DNA of 63,843 nt, the filler included, from Lenisia limosa (taxonomy: Eukaryota; Protista; Breviatea), in assembly GCA_001655205.1 (NCBI GenBank). It is 13 parts of 13 records of this genome, joined end to end, with 100 filler letters (N's around TTAATTAATTAA, not from the genome) between each part and the next. Parts side by side here need not be neighbours in the genome. Positions count along the whole stretch, not along the records: positions 56,451 to 60,508 come from LPNZ01006857.1; positions 60,609 to 63,843 come from LPNZ01001620.1; 11 more parts are not named here. The stretch is one strand, 5' to 3'. Made by a program: the position numbers and the translations under genes. The notes under the pieces were generated by a model, which worked only from the letters and a program-made list of their open reading frames with translations, searched no databases and was not told the origin of the DNA. Below, piece by piece: positions 58,132 to 63,843 of the stretch. Every line of letters starts with the position of its first letter. Position 1 is the stretch's first letter.

Positions 58132-59190
58132 TGCCCAGAAGGGAGAGTCTCATTGGGGTCAAGGCCAAACTGCAGAAGAACCAAGAGGCATTTCGGGGCA
58201 TTTAGCAGAATAGCAAATGTCAGGAGACTGGTGCCCGTGTCAGAGGTAGATTGGACCATGTGCGGGTCTAGGAAAGTAGTGAGATTCGCCTGTTTGCCAA
58301 GTTTGACACCGGTGGTCTCCCTCCTACACGTGGAACAAATAGCTGCAACACAGACGGACGCTTCGGCTCTAATTGCGTCGATCATTAGATCATTATTAAC
58401 CTGAGGTGATATTGTTAGTAAGGCCAAAGCTGATTATTAAGAATGATAATGAATGGTGTAATATGATCATATTAACATTGTGTGCATTTAAATAATATTA
58501 CCAATCTGAGGATACAGCAAGTGATAATGATTACTCGGGCTTCACTTCGGTTTGAAAAATACCGGTAAAATACTGCTTAAATATCGATAATTTCGAAGAT
58601 TTATAGAGATTTTCAGTACTATTTCGAACCAAAGTGAAGACCTAATGAATATGCTGGAGATGGCCTCCATGACCCACTAAATCCGGGAACACTTTGACTT
58701 CGAAAAGAAGAGAAGTTCCATCATCCGCTTCGAATATGGGTGATAAATGCTGCCTAAGAGAATAAATATTGAAATTGTAGTGTGTATTATAATATATAAG
58801 TTAATATGTACCTGTGTGTCGGTGTGTGTTGAAAACGGGATAAAGGAAAATTTATGAAGGCTCTACAATAATGAATACACCCAAACATCTCAGAGGTCAT
58901 GCATGACGACACCGTTTGGACCGATCTTGGCGTTGTGATACCTGGGGAAATGGGTAAGTTTATCCAACTGTATGCTTGGAGACAATGGGTAAAGGTATTT
59001 TGCTTGGGACATGAATATTCGATTTAATTAATTGGAACACTGAATACATTGTATGAAATGTTGCAAACATACCATCCTATTCGTAAACAAGCACAACTCC
59101 CACAGCATACCAGGTAGATCAAGTGATCGTGTGAAGCGTGCAAAGGACTTCATGTCCAAACTCAGCTCTTGGTACTGAAGGTTCGGGTGC
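58132..59190 (-). CDS. Ankyrin-repeat-containing protein, partial
   Basis: DTGTSLLTFAILLNAPKCLLVLLQFGLDPNE fits one ankyrin repeat; upstream GT/AG-bounded exons at 58660-58750 and 59110-59190. Confidence 0.5.
58535..58644. mobile_element. Family A hAT-type MITE
   Basis: TCGGGCTTCACTTCGGTTTG...CGAACCAAAGTGAAGACCTA; flanks ATGATTAC / ATGAATAT (6 of 8). Confidence 0.85.
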
Positions 59191-60407
59191 TGAGGGGGGG
59201 GGGTAAGAGGNNNNNNNNNNNNNNNNNNNNNNNNNNNNNNNNNNNNNNNNNNNNNNNNNNNNNNNNNNNNNNNNNNNNNNNNNNNNNNNNNNNNNNNNNN
59301 NNNNNTGTTCAGTCAAGTCTTTCTTAAAACTAGAATAAGTGGCGCATATAACATAATGAAAAGGTGACCCCACTCTCTCTTCAAAACCACCACAAACAAG
59401 CTATAAAACTATGAAGCCCCCTTTGTTTTTTTTTCCAACACAAGCAACAAAACTACGTAGGATCACACCNNNNNNNNNNNNNNNNNNNNNNNNNNNNNNN
59501 NNNNNNNNNNNNNNNNNNNNNNNNNNNNNNNNNNNNNNNNNNCGCTCAAGGAAGTCCTTCAGTACTTCAACGAAAATTCTGGATTGTTGATGTGATTTGC
59601 ATAGGCAGCAAGAAGATCCTTAGATACATCGCGAAGAATATGATATTGCCCCTTAAATATTGATAATAAATAACAATCATTGAGTGTGATAATTGAATAT
59701 CGATGAAACTTCAAATTTCGACCCCCCTCCATAAGGCTGCCATAAATCCTTGATGACTAGCGACGCATCCTCGACAAACACTGATAAAATTCTCGATTTA
59801 CAAATATCGATAAATATTTGATAAAGTTTCGACCAACACTTTGAGAAGTAAGGCCTACGAAGATGTTTTCTTGTCCGCATAGAGGAGCGCTTCGTGAAGA
59901 TGGGCTGAGAACGCCACGGCAAGAACTTTGTTACACGCGAGAATGCACAGCATCGTGTAGCGAGCAAAGAGCTGGGTGGAGTGTCATGGCACGAAAAAAA
60001 GATTGTTTTTGAAGATGTCATTTTTACAAGAATAGTGATGCAAGTCTAAATAGGAAGGGCAAGGATATATTGTCTCAAAATGGGGTGTATTTTTGACCTT
60101 TTTGTTAAAAAACTACGTTCAAAAAAATAAGACTTTTATCACGTTTTATGTTTTTAATTATAGACGATAAAAACAATGCCACACCATTTTTAGAAGAGCC
60201 ATACAGCATACTATATCGATATAGCCNNNNNNNNNNNNNNNNNNNNNNNNNNNNNNNNNNNNNNNNNNNNNNNNNNNNNNNNNNNNNNNNNNNNNNNNNN
60301 NNNNNNNNTGCGGACTTTGTGTCAGTTTCACTGAAAGTACTGTTTGAAGGGAATGTCATAATCTAAGAAAATGTAAGGTAATGTGACATTCCGAGGACGG
60401 AAGGTTG

Positions 60408-60508
60408 GGGGGGGGTATTGAAACAAAAAAAGCCCAAAAACAACTCTGTTGGCTGACAACACACAAGGATTGATAACAACAAAACAAACAAAGCCCGGGC
60501 CAGTCGCT
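60408..60508 (-). repeat. Family B element
   Basis: Plus strand GGGGGGGGTATTGAAACAAAAAAGCCCAAAAACAACTCTGTTGGCTGACAAC...AAAGCCCGGGCCAGTCGCT. Confidence 0.8.
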
Positions 60509-60634
60509 NNNNNNNNNNNNNNNNNNNNNNNNNNNNNNNNNNNNNNNNNNNNTTAATTAATTAANNNNNNNNNNNNNNNNNNNNNNNNNNNNNNNNNNNN
60601 NNNNNNNNTGCACAGAGAAACACCCAATAATGGC

Positions 60635-61623
60635 TCTGTAGTGTGCAAGCGGCTATGGTGAAACGCGTCTCGCTGACGACACCGTGAAAAGGTCCGTACC
60701 TGCTTGTTTTGTTTTTTGAGAGAATTGTTTACCCAATAACATCTGAGGATTGAGATAAATGTATCATGTCAATCCGTAGGGTACTATTGATGTGTACTGT
60801 TTGATCATCACGATCGCTGGATCTGTGTCTCTTTACTCATAATGTAGGATAGAGCAGGACTGCGCAAGAGTGGTCAACCCTTCGTCAGAGATGTTCCGAG
60901 CTGTTATTGAAACAGGTGGGCCAGGTTGTATTTATCTATCTTAAATTCGGATCATTATTCATTCTTATACTCCATCATTTCAAATACATTATTTTGGATT
61001 CATTCAAGGTGTCTAATATATAATAGCCATTGCAATGAATATATTCATGATCCAGCGTTACAATTCTCCGAACACAACAATCTGATGGCAGCTATCACCC
61101 CGGCTGCTGCGCTGTACCCCGTTGCTGTCCTCCCATGTACGCACCTTTTTTTGAGAGACAAATTTCCTATAATAGTATAATACTACATGAAAGATATAAA
61201 ATCCAGCAATTCAAGAAAAAAATATATATGTACATGGTAGCCTGGGGTTTGACCTGTGGGACTTGGGGGGAGGGGGTAATGATTGCAAAAGTCTGTTGAG
61301 CAGGCTTGATGAGAGAAATATTCATCGGCATAATATATGATATCATATCATATGCTATACATATCATTTCGCCTGACATGAAAATGGATGATTGATTTCT
61401 TTGCTAACTACCTAGGTCTGGGCCAGGCATCTATGCGACTCTTTAAGAAGGTTTGTACCGCACTCATACCCCATTTTAACAGAATAAAAGAGGATTTGAA
61501 GTGCAATGGATATATGTCAACCCCCCCCCCTAGATTGCCGACTCAACGTTGTTCTCTACGGAAACTTCCGAAGCTATTCGTGAAATGACCAAGACTCACC
61601 ACAATAACGTGAAGGAACAACAG
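60635..61623 (+). CDS. Hypothetical multi-exon gene, partial
   Basis: GT/AG-bounded exons such as FSEHNNLMAAITPAAALYPVAVLP and GLGQASMRLFKK|IADSTLFSTETSEAIREMTKTHHNNVKEQQ. No family recognised. Confidence 0.35.
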
Positions 61624-63792
61624 GTGCGATCCTGAGTACATTTTCATTGAATTGCTGTTCTTTTTAAGCCAAATCTATGCCCTCCCCCTGTCTTGTTTTG
61701 ATGATGTTTAATGTGGTTCTGTTTCCTCCTTTTCCTTTCCCCTGTTCTGTGTTCTTTTTTCTTTTGCGTATTGCGCTTAACATTTTACCTATTTTACCCA
61801 TTGATGTGTTATACTATTACCATCACTTCTCTTAACGCAATGGTGTGAAATGGTGTGAACCAAACACTGATCGTTTTTTTTTCTCCATTTCCACATTGCC
61901 ATTCCCTATCTGACTGGTCAGGTTCGACAGCTTGAGGAAATGGGGGAGCAGCACATTGAAGCCGAGGACTAAAGTATTGTGTAATATTGTATCATTAAAG
62001 GTAGTTTGTTTCTTACTCGGGTCAGGTGACAAATACGCTCAAGAGCAATAAATAAATAAGAACTTAAATAATCCGCAACGAAAGTATCAAAAAAAAACCT
62101 TGTCTTCCTTCAGTTTGTGAGTAGCCAGAAGATCGCTAATGCAAAAACCGTCACACAGCCTAAGTTGTAAGATGGTGTCACTTTATTGAAACAATCATTT
62201 TATCCCAATAAAACATTTGAACATGATCACTGAAATTTCTATCGCATACCTGTCAGGATCATTAGAGGTGCCACGCCAGACTGCACAGGGGAGTCTGCCC
62301 ATTCTAAATGTTTTTATTTACAGTTATAAAAGCAGTTGTTTGGAAATGTTGTGATTATCATGCTAACCAAAATCTTCTTTAAATTCTCAAGAAAGTAGTT
62401 AAAAGATGACGTCACCGATAATTTTTGTTCAGATATCGCTGACAATTTTCTGAGGTCCCTTGCGTTAACACCGCCCCCCCCCCTCCCTACTATCAGTGTT
62501 GCTTTTGATACCCTGACGGGCTCGAAGCTGTGANNNNNNNNNNNNNNNNNNNNNNNNNNNNNNNNNNNNNNNNNNNNNNNNNNNNNNNNNNNNNNNNNNN
62601 NNNNNNNNNNNNNNNNNGATTACCAATAAAAGGGGTGAATAAAAAACATGGCCTATGGGAATGGCAATAAAAGAGTATGCTATACAACAGTAGGCCAATG
62701 GGGGTACCACTCAAGATGTGAAATAAACACGAGAATATCTGGCCTCAGCCAAGGTGAATATACAGCAGCATGGTCCATGACGTTACCAAAAGATTATTGT
62801 CTCATGGTTTCCCTCAAAGATTTTTCTATTTTTATATCTCCTCTCAATCTGAACTGATTCACATAGTCACACATTTTCATTAATATCCCAATTTTGGCAT
62901 TGCAAAAATGAAATAATAATAATTAAAAAAAAAACGATTAACGTATCAATATAATTCACAGTAACATAAATAACTGACAAGAAATATATATAAAAAAAAA
63001 TGGAAGATGTGAAAATGAAAGAAGAAAGTCCTCAGAAGAAAGTCCTCAGAAGAAAGTGTGTGTTAATTGAATATTGGGTTCCATGATAACAACATCCCCC
63101 ACAGACATCTATTGCGAAGCTCTGACGCACTTAAACTGTCTGACATTGTGTGGCAAGTCTAGAGGTATCAATACAAGTAATTGAAAAGGAATAAGAGTGG
63201 AGGCAAGGTGAAGGGATGCCCAGGACAAACTTTGTAGGACCGAAAGTCTCCCCTTTCTTCGTTTTCTTTGCTACCCTTGATACAATGATCAGACGCATGG
63301 CGCAAGCCTGGAGGAACATATTACTTATAATGTTACGTACCCCCAGGTTTTTTTACGGGTTAAATGTTCTACAGCCTTCCAATTCTCTCTTTGGCATTAT
63401 AATTCACAAAAAACAATATAAAGGAGACATAAAGAGAGAAAACACTAAAACACCGCATTAAATCACAGACTAATAAATGACGCTATTTCCTCGTTGCTTG
63501 CTGTTCATTCTAATGCTCGTGACCCACATTACTACTAACTGAGAAATTGGAATTTTTGGCGCTACTACTCTGAGGCTTCATCGGCAACATGCCAGAGATC
63601 GAGGACGGTTAGGGGGTAACTGTTGTCTTCAGTCTTGCAATACCAGCTACGCCCGTTTGCTCACCTTTGGATATGCTCTTCCTACTGGTCATTCATCTGG
63701 TTGCTTTATTGAATTTAACATGGGTCCTTTCACATCACAATCCTATCTCAGTCACTGATTGTAACATTCACTGTCTTTTACCTCTTTGCCAG

Positions 63793-63843
63793 ATCGTGTG
63801 CGGGTGGTTGTCAGAATTCGTCCGCCATTTCGCTCCGAAGTGT
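63793..63843 (+). CDS. Start of a kinesin motor domain, truncated by window end
   Basis: TTTGCCAG|ATCGTGTGCGGGTGGTTGTCAGAATTCGTCCG reads RVRVVVRIRPP, the kinesin VxVxVRxRP motif. Further exons probably lie upstream (about 63000-63725). Confidence 0.7.
   Translation, partial: MVCGWLSEFVRHFAPKC

Noticed and set aside
63018-63058. 14-bp tandem GAAGAAAGTCCTCA near a possible kinesin first exon as another echo
   Set aside because: No G-run is involved and the exon structure here could not be established.

Overview
This is AT-rich nuclear DNA from an intron-rich unicellular eukaryote using the standard genetic code; the taxon cannot be fixed from sequence alone. The window is not one locus: twelve artificial N-TTAATTAATTAA-N linkers join 13 separate assembly pieces, so adjacency across a linker has no biological meaning. 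Genes I recognise by manual splicing are NOP16, a CUB-EGF-kelch-PSI (attractin-like) protein, cyclin H (5' part), RPS9, PHB2, a degenerate class III nucleotide cyclase, a DEAH-box helicase, a Cys-rich membrane protein, NOM1 (partial), a USP deubiquitinase (5' part), RPA1 (5' part), an ankyrin-repeat protein and the start of a kinesin motor domain. Three near-identical box C/D snoRNAs sit in consecutive RPS9 introns, with a guide matching the snR190/SNORD12 target. Introns are bimodal: many are about 30-50 nt, others are expanded by at least five repeat families (hAT-type, Tc1-type and Kolobok-type miniature inverted-repeat elements (MITEs), a C-tailed element that supplies splice sites, and an unclassified ~170 bp repeat). 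The most unusual signal concerns the expanded introns. They tend to carry a G-run just after the donor and a C-run just before the acceptor, and in at least five cases a 15-39 bp copy of the exon end plus donor reappears right after the G-run. Exon boundaries were inferred by eye and many fall in N-gaps, so gene coordinates are approximate.
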